A DNA stretch of 64,000 bases. Origin: Macrostomum hystrix (Eukaryota; Animalia; Platyhelminthes). Made by a program: the position numbers and the translations under genes. Below the pieces are notes generated by a model, which was given only the letters and a program-made list of their open reading frames with translations, was not told where the DNA came from and did not search any database. Where the stretch lies: the NCBI GenBank assembly GCA_950097015.1, contig CATNEN010000033.1, positions 1,674,001 to 1,738,000 on the forward strand, in the 5' to 3' direction. Below are positions 40,901-52,586 of the stretch, in pieces. The number at the start of each line of letters is the position of its first letter. Within the stretch, counting starts at the first letter, position 1.

Positions 40901-43900
40901 CCAGTGTTTAGCGCGCCAATGAGAGCGCTATCAGCTCACCTGGCTGCGGCGGATTGAAGGCTGCTGTCTGAGCAGCAGCCGAGCATCTCGGCCAGGGCGG
41001 CGTCGAGTCCGCCGGAGGAGCCAGACGAGGTCGCGGCCGTCGGCAGAAGCATCTTCCTGGGCGAGGCGGAGAACAGGTCTTCTAGATCGATGGGGCAGTC
41101 GGACAGGCAGCTGACGTCCTGTGCGTCGGCCTCGGTAAAGCCGGGTGGCGGGGTGGAGTCGGCGAACAGGTCGGAGACCGCCACCACGCTGGAGGATGGA
41201 GGCGTGGACAGCTGCTGCTGCTGCTGCTGTCGAGTGTCGAGAGACAACCGCGGAGGAGTTAATAGCAGGGAATTAGTGCCGGGTGCTGATACACTCGCGG
41301 ACTCCTTCTGCGGCGAGTACTGCGTTGAAGCTGACACCTTGGCGACACCGGAGACCGAGCTGACCAACTGCAGCACCGTGCCAAGGCTCAGGCGCACCTT
41401 GTTGGGACCCGTGATGGTGCCCTCCACCTGCGGGTCGAGGCCAACTTTACCTTTACTATTTGCTTCGTCCAATGTAGGCTTATCACAGCTTCCCGCTTCC
41501 CGATTTGGCCGCAGCAGCAGCTATCCCATATTGACGTAGATCTATCCCATCTTACCGCATATCTATTCCACCCTACCGTAGATGTATCCCATACTCCTGT
41601 AGATGTATTCCATACTCCTGTAGATGTATCCCATACTCCTGTAGATGTATTCCATACTCCTGTAGATGTATTCCATACTCCTGTAGATGTATCCCATACT
41701 CCTGTAGATGTATTCCATACTCCTGTAGATGTATCCCATACTCCTGTAGATGTATTCCATACTCCTGTAGATTTATCCCATACTCCTGTACATGTATCCC
41801 ATAATCCTGTAGATTTATCCCATACTCCTGTACATGTATCCCATAATCCTGTAGATTTATCCCATACTCCTGTAGATGCATCCCATACTCCTGTAGATGT
41901 ATTCCATACTCCTGTAGATGTATCCCATACTCCTGTAGATGTATTCCATACTCCTGTAGATTTATCCCATACTCCTGTACATGTATCCCATAATCCTGTA
42001 GATTTATCCCATACTCCTGTAGATGCATCCCATACTACTGTAGATGTATTCCATACTCCTGTAGATTTATCCCATACTCCTGTAGATTTATCCCATACTC
42101 CTGTAGATGTATTCCATACTCCTGTAGATGTATCCCATACTCCTGTAGATGTATTCCATACTCCTGTAGATTTATCCCATACTCCTGTACATGTATCCCA
42201 TAATCCTGTAGATTTATCCCATACTCCTGTACATGTATCCCATAATCCTGTAGATTTATCCCATACTCCTGTAGATGCATCCCATACTACTGTAGATGTA
42301 TTCCATACTCCTGTAGATTTATCCCATACTCCTGTAGATTTATCCCATACTCCTGTAGATGCATCCCATACTACTGTAGATGTATTCCATACTCCTGTAG
42401 ATTTATCCCATACTCCTGTAGATGCATCCCATACTACTGTAGATGTATTCCATACTCCTGTAGATTTATCCCATACTACTGTAGATGTATTCCATACTCC
42501 TGTAGATGTATCCCATACTCCTGTAGATTTATCCCATACTCCTGTAGATGCATCCCATACTCCTGTAGATGTATTCCATACTCCTGTAGATGTATCCCAT
42601 ACTCCTGTAGATGTATTCCATACTCCTGTAGATGTATCCCATACTCCTGTAGATGCATCCCATACTACTGTAGATGTATTCCATACTCCTGTAGATTTAT
42701 CCCATACTCCTGTAGATTTATCCCATACTCCTGTAGATGCATCCCATACTACTGTAGATGTATTCCATACTCCTGTAGATGCATCCCATACTACTGTAGA
42801 TGCATCCCATACTACTGTAGATGTATCCCATACTCCTGTAGATGCATCCCTTACTACTGTAGATGTATTCCATACTCCTGTAGATTTATCCCATACTCCT
42901 GTAGATTTATCCCATACTCCTGTAGATGCATCCCATACTACTGTAGATGTATTCCATACTCCTGTAGATGCATCCCATACTACTGTAGATGTATCCCATA
43001 CTCCTGTAGATGCATCCCATACTCCTGTAGATGTATCCCATACTCCTGTAGATGCATCCCATACTCCTGTAGATGTATCCCATACTCCTGTAGATGTATC
43101 CCATACTCCTGTAGATGTATCCCATACTCCACAGAAAAATCAAGCCGGCTAACAACCTCGATGTACGGAAGCTGAGAGTGACCCGCCACGACTCCGCTGG
43201 CTACAGAAGTCGCCACCGCGGCCGAAGAAGCGGCAGCAGCGGCCGCAGCAGCAGCATTCGGCATTGTTGACCGCCTCGACCTGCATCCGGACGGCCTCCT
43301 CGAGCTCCGGATGCAGCTGTAGACCGCCGCTTCCTCCGCCAGTGGTGTCCGTCGCCACAAGTCTAGCCAGACCGAAGCCGATAAGAACACCGGCAACGTC
43401 GCCAACGCGTCGAGCCTGCGCAAAGAAAAATGATTGAACGATAAACAGCCTACTAGCAGTAGGCGCTAAAAGATTTAAACTCACAAAATTCTCAAAAAGC
43501 TGGCATAACCAACCTGGCTGTGCTTGGCTAGGCCGGCTCGAACTACAAAATCAGCCAGTCTTTCCAAAGGCAGTGGCTCATCCGGGCTGGTGAGCAGCAG
43601 CAGTTTGAGCAGGGCCTGGCACAGGCGATAGAGCGCGGTCTCGTGATCGGCGCTAGCCGCCGGGCCCAGGCTCGGAATGAGCTCGTCCCGGTCCGACTGC
43701 GGGGTGAAGGTGACGGAGGACCTGGCCGTGGCCACCGGCTGGTGTTGGCGGACAGCGAACTCTCCATAGCCGTCTCTGATGGCGCACTGGCGCAGGGCGC
43801 ACAGGCAGGCGGGCAGGTAGCGCCTGCCGTACCACACGTACTGTCCGGCTGCTTCGTACTTGCTGGCAACGCCGGCGCCAGACAGGACAGCGCAGGCATC

Positions 43901-44428
43901 GGCCAGCTGGCGCCGGTTGAGTCGGCGGGACTCGGCCAGGCCGGGCACGGACAGTAGGCGGCAGTCGCGGACTCCGCTTTTGTAAGGCATGGCGTCGCAC
44001 AGGGCGCGGGTGACTTTGATCAGCGAGTTGCTGAGGGGCGTGCGTTCGCGACAGATGGACTCCGCGGCGGTGACGGCGGTAGCGGCGGCGCTAGCAGAGG
44101 CGGCAACAACGGCGGCCGACTCGATTTGCGTGTCGGACAGGCAGTTGACCCGGCCGCACAGCAGCACATCGTTAGAAGCTGACGATGAAGACTGATGCGG
44201 TGCCCCCGGCTGCGGCTGATGAGGCGGCAGATCGCCAAGCTGATGATGATGATGATTGGCCAGGTCGTCTGTATCATCGGGGACCTGGGAGTGCAGCTGC
44301 TGAGGCAGGAACCAATCGAAGCCGGGCAGGGAGCAGTCGGACGCAGCCGGATAGTCCATGGCTGGCTGCAGGAATGAATCGGGAAGTGTCATTTGGCATG
44401 CAAGCTTGAGCAGTAACGAATCTGACAT
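37949..44428 (-). CDS. E2F7/8: Atypical E2F (E2F7/8-like, two DNA-binding domains), highly diverged
   Basis: Exons 44428-43514, 43415-~43157, 41520-40940, 39042-38841 and 38755-37949. DBD1 SLIKVTRAL...RRQLADACAVLSGAGVASK...YVWYGRRYLPACLCAL; DBD2 TALYRLCQALLKLLL...|ARRVGDVAGVLIGFGLARLV. Exon 2 has a frame inconsistency (see findings). Confidence 0.75.
39072..40865. repeat. 23-bp minisatellite, ~78 copies, E2F intron 3
   Basis: Unit AGGTTGCATGAGGG(C/T)ATCAGGGC. Confidence 0.97.
41540..43130. repeat. 21-bp minisatellite, ~75 copies, E2F intron 2
   Basis: Unit CCCATACTCCTGTAGATGTAT. Confidence 0.97.
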
Positions 44429-45960
44429 TCATGCCAAGGCCTTTATGTGGCGAGGCAATAATCATTATGGTCACTGCGAATGTGATAAAGCTTAAAAGCA
44501 TGTACGAGTACATAGCCTGACGATGAGAAATTAAGGCCATTTGTACACTCCTGTGACTGTGTGATTATGTTGTTTTATTGAGTGCACAGTATTCATGGCA
44601 AAGCTTTAACTACAATAATCATGGCAGGATTACACAAATAAGGTTATGCTTAAGTTTATACTTATAAAAATATATCTATACTCTTTCAAAAAGAGTATAG
44701 ATTCTAGCAATTATATGAAAAAATGAACTTTAAAATATTTTTGTGTACTTTTTTTCAATGTACTTTTGCTGTTCTAATTGTTGATAGCTTGGGCCAGTGG
44801 GCAGCTGTTCTCCAACATTTAGTTGGGAGATTTCTCTACAAAATTATAGTGTGGAATTCTTGGTCTGGCAGCTTGCAAAATATTGACTAACTTAAACTTA
44901 ATTTAACTTAAAATTATTTTTTCATATTTTCTGTCCTTTGTCTCTCCAATGGTTATTGTATTGTGAAACACAATTTGCTCTAGTTGATCTTAAAGGATCA
45001 AAATTGCTACAGTTCAGCATAACTTCACTTTTTTTGTCTTGATGATAAGATCACAGTATCATTCAATAATTTAGAAATAGTGGAATCTAGACCACTTTTA
45101 TAGTAAAAATGCTTTCTTTATGGCACTTTATAACCATTTTCTGCTTGTTTTTTGATAGCTTGTAGCATTGCCTTACTCTGCTAATGTTCACCCATTATAA
45201 AAGGTCCATGCTATCTGATGGACACATGTTTGATGAGACAAAAGCTTTCTATGCATCAGAGTCATAAAAAGAAATGCTCTTTAGTATTTCTATAGTATAT
45301 ATCTATAGTATTTGCTCATAGATCAGCAAATGGGCAGAGTTGTCTTCTTAGGTAGGTATAAATCTGGGATTCAAGTCAAGATACAATTATATTGCTTAGT
45401 AATTACTTTTTACTTTTTACTACAAATACCCTTCTTCAAAGAATTAACCTTGTTCAATGTTCAAGTAGTAAAATTCCCCCTAGGTCAAGATAACATAACA
45501 AAAACAATATAATTTAGCTGCTAGTACCTGTTAAACTGTGAATTCATTCACTTGTTTTGTACTTTTTTACTTTATAGATATAAAATAATCAAATTTTATT
45601 GCAGAAATTTAGGGAATGAAGTTTAGGGAATGATTCTTTAGGATCTCCAAAAAGAGTTGCATAGCTAGATAAAAGCTATTTGACAAGACAAATGAAAATA
45701 TTTATTTAATTCAACAATAAGACTTTAAAATATAATTAAATGTGACCAAAAAAATTGCAATCAATAGAAAATTACTGTTTTCAAGTACATAGTACTATAT
45801 TTTTCATAGGGGGCGCTTGAATTATGTGAATATTTAAATGAATACAAATCTAGTATTGATTTATAGTCCTATAATTATAGCCTATATATAACTAATTATA
45901 AAAAGTTACCTATTAATAAGTAATTAGACCTGCCGAATCAAGTCAGATTTGTAGCCAAAA

Positions 45961-46225
45961 GTACAGCTACAGCTATTGTGTGGTGTATCTGAATGCTGTG
46001 TATGGCTGTGTATGTAGTCCATGGAAAGTGGGGGTGCTACACCCACCCCCATTGTACCAGCTAATGCTGGTACCCATTTAACAGCTGGGTGAACTGAAGC
46101 AATGCAGAGTTAAGTGTCCTGCTAAAGCACAAAATTGTTCTATTTGAATCAGGAATCGAAACTCCGACCTTGAAGTCGTGAGTCCGACGCTATACCCACA
46201 AGGCCACAAGTCCACAACCTTTCCC
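45961..46225 (-). mobile_element. tRNA-derived SINE with CORE-like domain (copy 2)
   Basis: Reverse reads GTGGCCTTGTGGGTATAGCGTCGGACTCACGACTTCAAGGTCGGAGTTTCGATTCC...GCTTTAGCAGGACACTTAAC...TTCACCCAGCTGTTAAATGGGTACCAGCAT...; tail TAGCTGTAGCTG. Confidence 0.72.
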
Positions 46226-46638
46226 TCTATCCCTATATATAACTATATATAAATAACCTCAAATTTGAACGCTCTTTAAAAGTCAGAAAACCCGATTAGA
46301 TTCAATAGTGAATAACCTGAAATAGCTTAGTTTTTTCCTGGAAACTGTAAACAGAAAGATTAAATCGCGTCATTTAAAAAATTACGTACTATAAAACAAA
46401 GATTCTCAACTACAGTATCACAAGACAGACATATTGATATATCTTTGGCTAAATTATCTTGACGTATACTTTTGCAAGAAAATTTTCTATACAAGATGCT
46501 TGTGCTAGGAAAGGCTTGTGTTGTTAAGGTAGAATTTAATTCGTTTTGGTTTCTTTACTTCTTTGGAATTTCATTGTTCAATACCGACGATTGAATTTTA
46601 ATTCCCAGTACGATTACAGTATATAAGGTTAAATAGCC

Positions 46639-49600
46639 ATGGAAGGCCTGCCTTTTCTACCAGGAAATACGTTTAGAGATCCCACGGTGAGTTTTCTGAC
46701 TAAATGTATAGGTATTTTTGTCAAGAGATTAATATTCCTATGATTTTCATTAAGCTTTTTACAGTTGTCAATTTGATGAGGCAATATTTTTGTAAAACGG
46801 AATCTAATGTTTGATAAATTAATATTTATAACTCTTTTACTGATTTTTAATAGTTACTTTTTTAAGAAAACTAATCACCATGTGAGCCAATCACTGGGCT
46901 ACAAAAATGGCTACCAAGTGCCGAAAGCCTACCCAACCGTCGGCATTGGCGGCCAGCCGCTGCCGGTTAACCAGCTGACCGAAAGCGAGCTCGACGAACT
47001 GGCCAACTTCCAGCCGACGCTAACCTACGGCAAGGCGAAGCAGGCGCCACCTGAGGCATTCGTCCCGGCGCACGTGGCCTTCGATAAGAAGGTGCTGCGA
47101 TTCTACGGCTACTTCAAGGAGACTGTGCACGAGTCACCGAAAGAATACTATCGAGTGCGGCCGGTCGTGTTCTACTACTACCTGGAGGACGACAGTATCG
47201 CCATTGTTGAGCCTCCTAAGGAGAACAGCGGAATTCCTCAAGGTAAGTCAAGCATGCTCAGCTCGACACCGAACATTAGCAAAACTGCTCTATGAAGATT
47301 CTGTTACAAATTCTAAAGAAATAGAGCAAGCAACATAAAATGTGAATAATTATTGGGATTCACCACTCACAAATCACAGGCAAGTTAATCAAGCGGCAGC
47401 GCGTTCCCAAGAACGACGTTGGCGACCATTACACCTGGAAGGACATCAACCTGAGCCAGAATGTCACTGTCTATGGTCGAGTTTTCCGCATTACTGACTG
47501 CGATCAGTTTACCCGGGTAAGATGGTTTCAAGGGACATGAGATCTGACGGATTTGTTTTACAAAGATTGACAAGATGCAGCTTGGTTTTCCATTTGTTTA
47601 GGAGGAAATGCAATCGTTTTTTTGTTCTGTGTGTGTAAACTCCGGACTTACAACAGGCTGAGAAGACTAAATAATACGTGCAGAATTTTGTTAACAAATA
47701 AGCACCTCGACCCCCCCCCATTTTTCCCACCAGTCCTTCCTGGAGAGCGAGGGCGTGGTGGTGAACCAGCCCGAGTCCGTGCCGGCCGACCCCTACTTGG
47801 TGTCCCGCAGCGAGGCCACCGCCCTGAAGACCTACAAGACGCCGACTGCTTTTGACAAGTTGAAGCAGTTCATTGAGCTGGACCGCAAGGTGCTGCGCTT
47901 CTACGCCCTGTGGGATGACACGTCCAGCATGTACGGAGAGGCCCGTCCGTTCATCATTCACGTGAGTGTCTCTAATGATAGAATTTTCATCTCGATCTTG
48001 CGAGATCAAGCAACATTGCTGTGTAAAACGCGTCACTTAAAAACGTGCACACATCACAGTACTATCTGGTGGACGACACCCTGGAGATTCGCGAGGTTCA
48101 CCAGACGAACGACGGCCGAGATCCGTTCCCCGTGCTGATCCGGCGCGGCCGTGTCCCCAAGGACCGGTTCAACCTGCCCAACACTTTCCCCAGCGTGGCC
48201 CTGGAGCTCAGTGGTGAGAGGACTTATCCGACAGGCCCTTTTTAGCAAGTACCAATGCATGAATAGAAGAAGCACGAGGCTCATGAAAAATAACGTTTTG
48301 TATCGCGCTCTAAGAAATAGAATAGAAGGCTACAGTCTAGCTGCATGAGAAGTACTGCGACATTCAGTATGAAACACCTGACACTCCGCAGACGCCGAAG
48401 TGAAGGACTATTTCACGCCGCGCGACTTCGTAATTGGCGAAACTGTCGTGATCAACGGCCGGCGCTTCGTTCTGTATGACTGCGACAACTTCACTAAGGC
48501 CTGGTACTACCAGCACTTCGGTGTGACCGAGTTCAACTCCATCGACGTGTCGGAGAAGTTCCCCAACCTGGCCAGCATGGTGAGGCCTCGTTAACGACTT
48601 CTTCATGCTAAACACTTTTGAAGTATAAACATGTTAATAAGACAGCGAATGATAATCATTGTCCTCAGGAGATTCCGCCTTACAACAAGTTCGGAACCCT
48701 GGAGGACTCGATGCAGAACGTTCTATCGCTGGTGCCAGAGCCACCCAAGAAGGACTTTGTGAAGATGATGGAGCAGGGCACCACCCAGCTCAGATACGAG
48801 GCTGCAATGGTGGGTTTCGTGTTGGGGATCGGTCTGCTCACAACAATACTCAAATAAAGAGTGGGTCAAGCGAATTGTCACAAACCCACCCGCCTCCTCA
48901 GGACTCGATTCGTCCGGAGGACAAGAACCGTCGCTTCATCCTCAGCTACCGACTGGCAGACGACATGGTGAACATCTTCGAGACGCCCACCCGCAACTCG
49001 GGCATTCCTGGTGGCAACTATCTGAAGCGGGCTCGCATCGCCAAGCCGGCCTCGACCCCGGAGAAGCCGCAGTACTACGGTCCGGCCGACTTCGCCATCG
49101 GCGCTAAGGTGAACATCTTCGGCCAGCGGTTTGTCATCACCAACTGCGACGCGTTTGTGCTGAAATACATGGAGCAGCACCCGGCCCAGTTCCCTCCAGC
49201 TGTGGTGGAGAGTGTCCGGGCCAAGCTGGCCGAGAATGAGTCGCGCAATAAGGACGCGTTGCGCGGCGGGGTCTCCAACCTACGCAGGACGTGAGTTAGA
49301 ATTAGTGGACGCTTCTAGGAAGCCCAGACACAGCCCGCAGAACTCCTAAATCAGGCTCTTGGCCCCTGCTAGCTCGTATAATATCCCCTGTTCCAAGTCT
49401 CACCTGTCCACTGTGAGACTTTTTAGATTCTTTCTTTACAATCAGCGACTAGCGTTTCAGAAGAAAAATAAGGTGCAAAAAGAGATCTCCAAATTTGCAG
49501 CCAGGGCGACCTGTTCCGCCTTGTGAGCGAGGTAAAATCCCAACTCAAGCGGCTGGGCATCACCGACAAGGCTCGCATCGATGAGATGTTTCTGAAGTAC

Positions 49601-49877
49601 AACACGGACCGTTTGGGCTACATCGATGTCACCAAGTTGCAAGATCTGTGCAAGAAGATGATCCTGCCGTACGATGAGGACATCTGCGCCGCTGTAAGTG
49701 CGGCGCACTTATTAGTCGACCATTCTCTTTGCTCAGTGCTCAAGTTTTAGGAGTTGTCTATCTGCTGATCAAATCACCAATCATGTTTTTCCCGAATTTT
49801 CTGCGCAGATTGTCAACGAATTCGGCTCAGACGGCAAGATGGACCTGGAACAGTGGCGGCGCTTCATCGAGGGTTGA
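46639..49877 (+). CDS. EFHC1: EF-hand domain-containing protein 1 (Rib72/myoclonin-1; three DM10 domains plus EF-hand)
   Basis: Ten exons: 46639-46686, 46867-47242, 47380-47516, 47734-47961, 48060-48213, 48392-48579, 48669-48809, 48902-49290, 49501-49693, 49809-49877; all GT-AG with matching phase. [42 protein letters not shown]. Confidence 0.97.
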
Positions 49878-51109
49878 AACCCTCGTTTCAAATGAATATA
49901 TACGTATACATAAAAACGTATACATAACGTAGACGATCGATTTGCAGCCCTTCATTGCGGAACTGGAAAGTTTTTTATTCTCTTATATTTTATTATTTTT
50001 TGTTTGACTCTTCTCTCCCGTTTTTGTCGTGTTTCTTCTTTTTTGTAGGCGATTTTTTGACGTTTAAAGCTCGGCGAAGCTCTCCCGCCCTGTACCCTGA
50101 GCACAGAAATGTCTTCAATTTTCAACGACTAACTACCCTTTGGACGTACCTTGACAGCGTTAAAGACATTATATTGCGTTAACAAATAGCGGGTGCTTCC
50201 ATCCCGCGCCTAAAACTCTAAACTCTAAAACTCGCAGAAAATCTCCAGGGAAATAGTGGGAGATCGCGGGTCACTGGGTTTTTATTCCAATAAAAGAACC
50301 GTTTCTACCTAAATTGCTCAGCAGTAATAAATCGAACAGACAAATTTTGATGATCAGGTTTTTTATCTTAAACTTTGGTTGCAAATTTAACTAGCAAACT
50401 CGGGACTGACAGATAATAAACGTTATTCCGACTATCTCGCACATGTATTTCATCCGTCATTCAAAACTCTATACAATGATCTGCACACCAAAGTTTAAGA
50501 TTATTTGAAAAATATCTATATAGCAACTGGACTCAGCCTCAGAGCTGACAAAACACATCCGCGTCAATTAAGTATGTGAACCTGTCACTTGCTGTAAGCC
50601 CCAAATCACTGAATTGTTCCATTGTAATAACTGAAAATCTACTTATAGCCAAAATCGTATAATACTAACAGTTTCGAGAGATTTTGTCTGCTAGTGGTGA
50701 AACCAGAACAATTAATCCTGCAAAATGTATTTCTGTAGCCGAAAAAAACTGAAAATACCACCATAATATTGACAATAAAAGTAGGAGTCAAGTAAAGCAC
50801 ATGAAAAGCCGTTAGAGTCCGTTTTACTTTAATATTTTCTTATATACAAAATATAAAAATACAAAAATATTTATTATATATAAAAATACAATGTGGACCG
50901 CTCTAAAGAATATTTGTATTTGAGCGTCAATCATAAGCTCACTTAATTTACTACTCATAGTAAATAAATGAGAATGAGCTAGGCGTTCTATAGTACACTG
51001 CACATAACTTACGTACTTAAGTGCGTTGCATATTAAATCTACGAGCGTACGTTAACAAAAACGACATACGCGGCAGATATTTGAATAAACGAAAAATATA
51101 TATTTATAA

Positions 51110-51720
51110 TTAGCGAATCGGCCGTATATTATAGAAAGCGCAGTGACAGATGAAGTGCCGGGCATCCTCGTTCTCGAGCATGCAATATGGACACAGTTCG
51201 TTCTGAAGGTCTCCCCGGAGGAAGCAGTGCCTGGCGTAGCAGCCATAGCGTGTGAGGGTCATGGTGAGAGCCCGCATGTCCTTCCGAGTTTGGTTCAGGA
51301 GGGCATTCCGTAAGCCGGGTGGATGGAACCGGCACTGCCGCTCTGGATTGGCGGCAGTTCGTGGTGTCTCTCCATCGGGCGTGATGGAGGTTTGTTGCCC
51401 AGTTATTAATCCATGGCAATAAATGACGGTTATATTGGGGATATGGACCGGTTGGTCAGGACTCAACGCGGAACTGGCGCCTCCATGTTTTGCCAGAGTC
51501 AGCAAGCTCGTTTCCAGGAAAACCAGAATGCTAGCTGGTATCCATTATTGGAGTTTTTAACAGCCAGTTTGTTGAGCTGTTGGACACAGTCGGAGACTGT
51601 CCGAGAGGTAGTAGTGTGGTATGACAGAGGGCCTGCAGGGCAGCCTGCTGGCTGTCGGGATTAAAGATGATTGTCCTTCATCGAATTTGTCCTGCCAGCA
51701 AATGCAGCTACCAACCCGCT
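51110..51720 (-). mobile_element. Degenerate 3' fragment of a non-LTR retrotransposon ORF2
   Basis: RKDMRALTMTLTRYGCYARH...CPYCMLENEDARHFICHCAFY is the C-terminal CCHC knuckle context of I/LOA/R1-type LINEs. Confidence 0.6.
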
Positions 51721-52224
51721 CTCACACTCAATCTTTACCACTAGCCTGTGACTTTGAACCAAATTGAAGACATTCTAAGAAACCAATTTGTACTACACAA
51801 ATCAACATAGGAAATCAACTTGGACCATCAGACGAGAACAACCATCGGAAACGCGTAAGTTACCACGGCGCAGGTCATGTTCTCCATATTTAAAAAAAAA
51901 TAGCACCGACTGAATTGTTTGCACATTCTGATCTAAATTTGATATTCGCCGCTTGGACTAAGCACTGGCCTATGGGCTATTATCTGCCTTCTAGTGTTAT
52001 GATTAACATATTCAAATATATTCAAATATATATTTTTTTATAATATATTCAATCTCTTTTGGTACATCCATTAGAGCTATATATTTGCTTTGATTGTTTT
52101 GAAAATGCGATGCGAGCCTTGTCGGTGATGTTTTGAAATTTGAAACTAATTTCTAATTGTTTCTGATTGGAATTTTGTGCCTGTCACCTAGTAATTTAGG
52201 CACTTTAGGAATGGTAACGTGTGC

Positions 52225-52256
52225 CTGACGATGCACATTTGAGTGCGAAACGCGTC
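52225..52256 (+). ncRNA. Minimal hammerhead ribozyme motif of Penelope-like-element type
   Basis: CTGACGA-T-[GCAC ATTTGA GTGC]-GAAA-CGCG-TC, followed by AATAAA at 52263; stem I pairing is poor. Confidence 0.65.
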
Positions 52257-52586
52257 ATGGTTAATAAATGTTTGCTATCGGATTCCTTTTTGTACTACTG
52301 GCTTAGCGAATCCCCTAACCTGATTTATATTCTGAGAAGCAAATTTTTGTTTATAATATTAGACGCTTCGGTGTTTTAACTTAGTTTTCCACGAAATGGA
52401 ATATGTAAAAGCTATTAAACGCTCCTTTGACGTTACGACTTGACTGTTAATTAAATCGCGAGAATTTTCTTGGTATTCTCAGTTTTGGGTTGCTTTTTAT
52501 TCCTTCCTAAATAACATATTCTTTCCTAAGTAAGCTGTACTTACTATCTTTTCTTTTTTAGACCTATATAGCTTATATTATAAGCT

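Noticed and set aside
44674-44707. 13-bp perfect hairpin followed by CTAG (Helitron 3' end?)
   Set aside because: Hairpin is AT-rich and only ~1 nt from CTAG, the next base is C rather than T, and no 5' TC end was identified
44429-46638. Bidirectional promoter or RFX X-box between the E2F-like gene and EFHC1
   Set aside because: The genes are head-to-head, but I could not identify a convincing X-box or other motif, and a SINE lies between them
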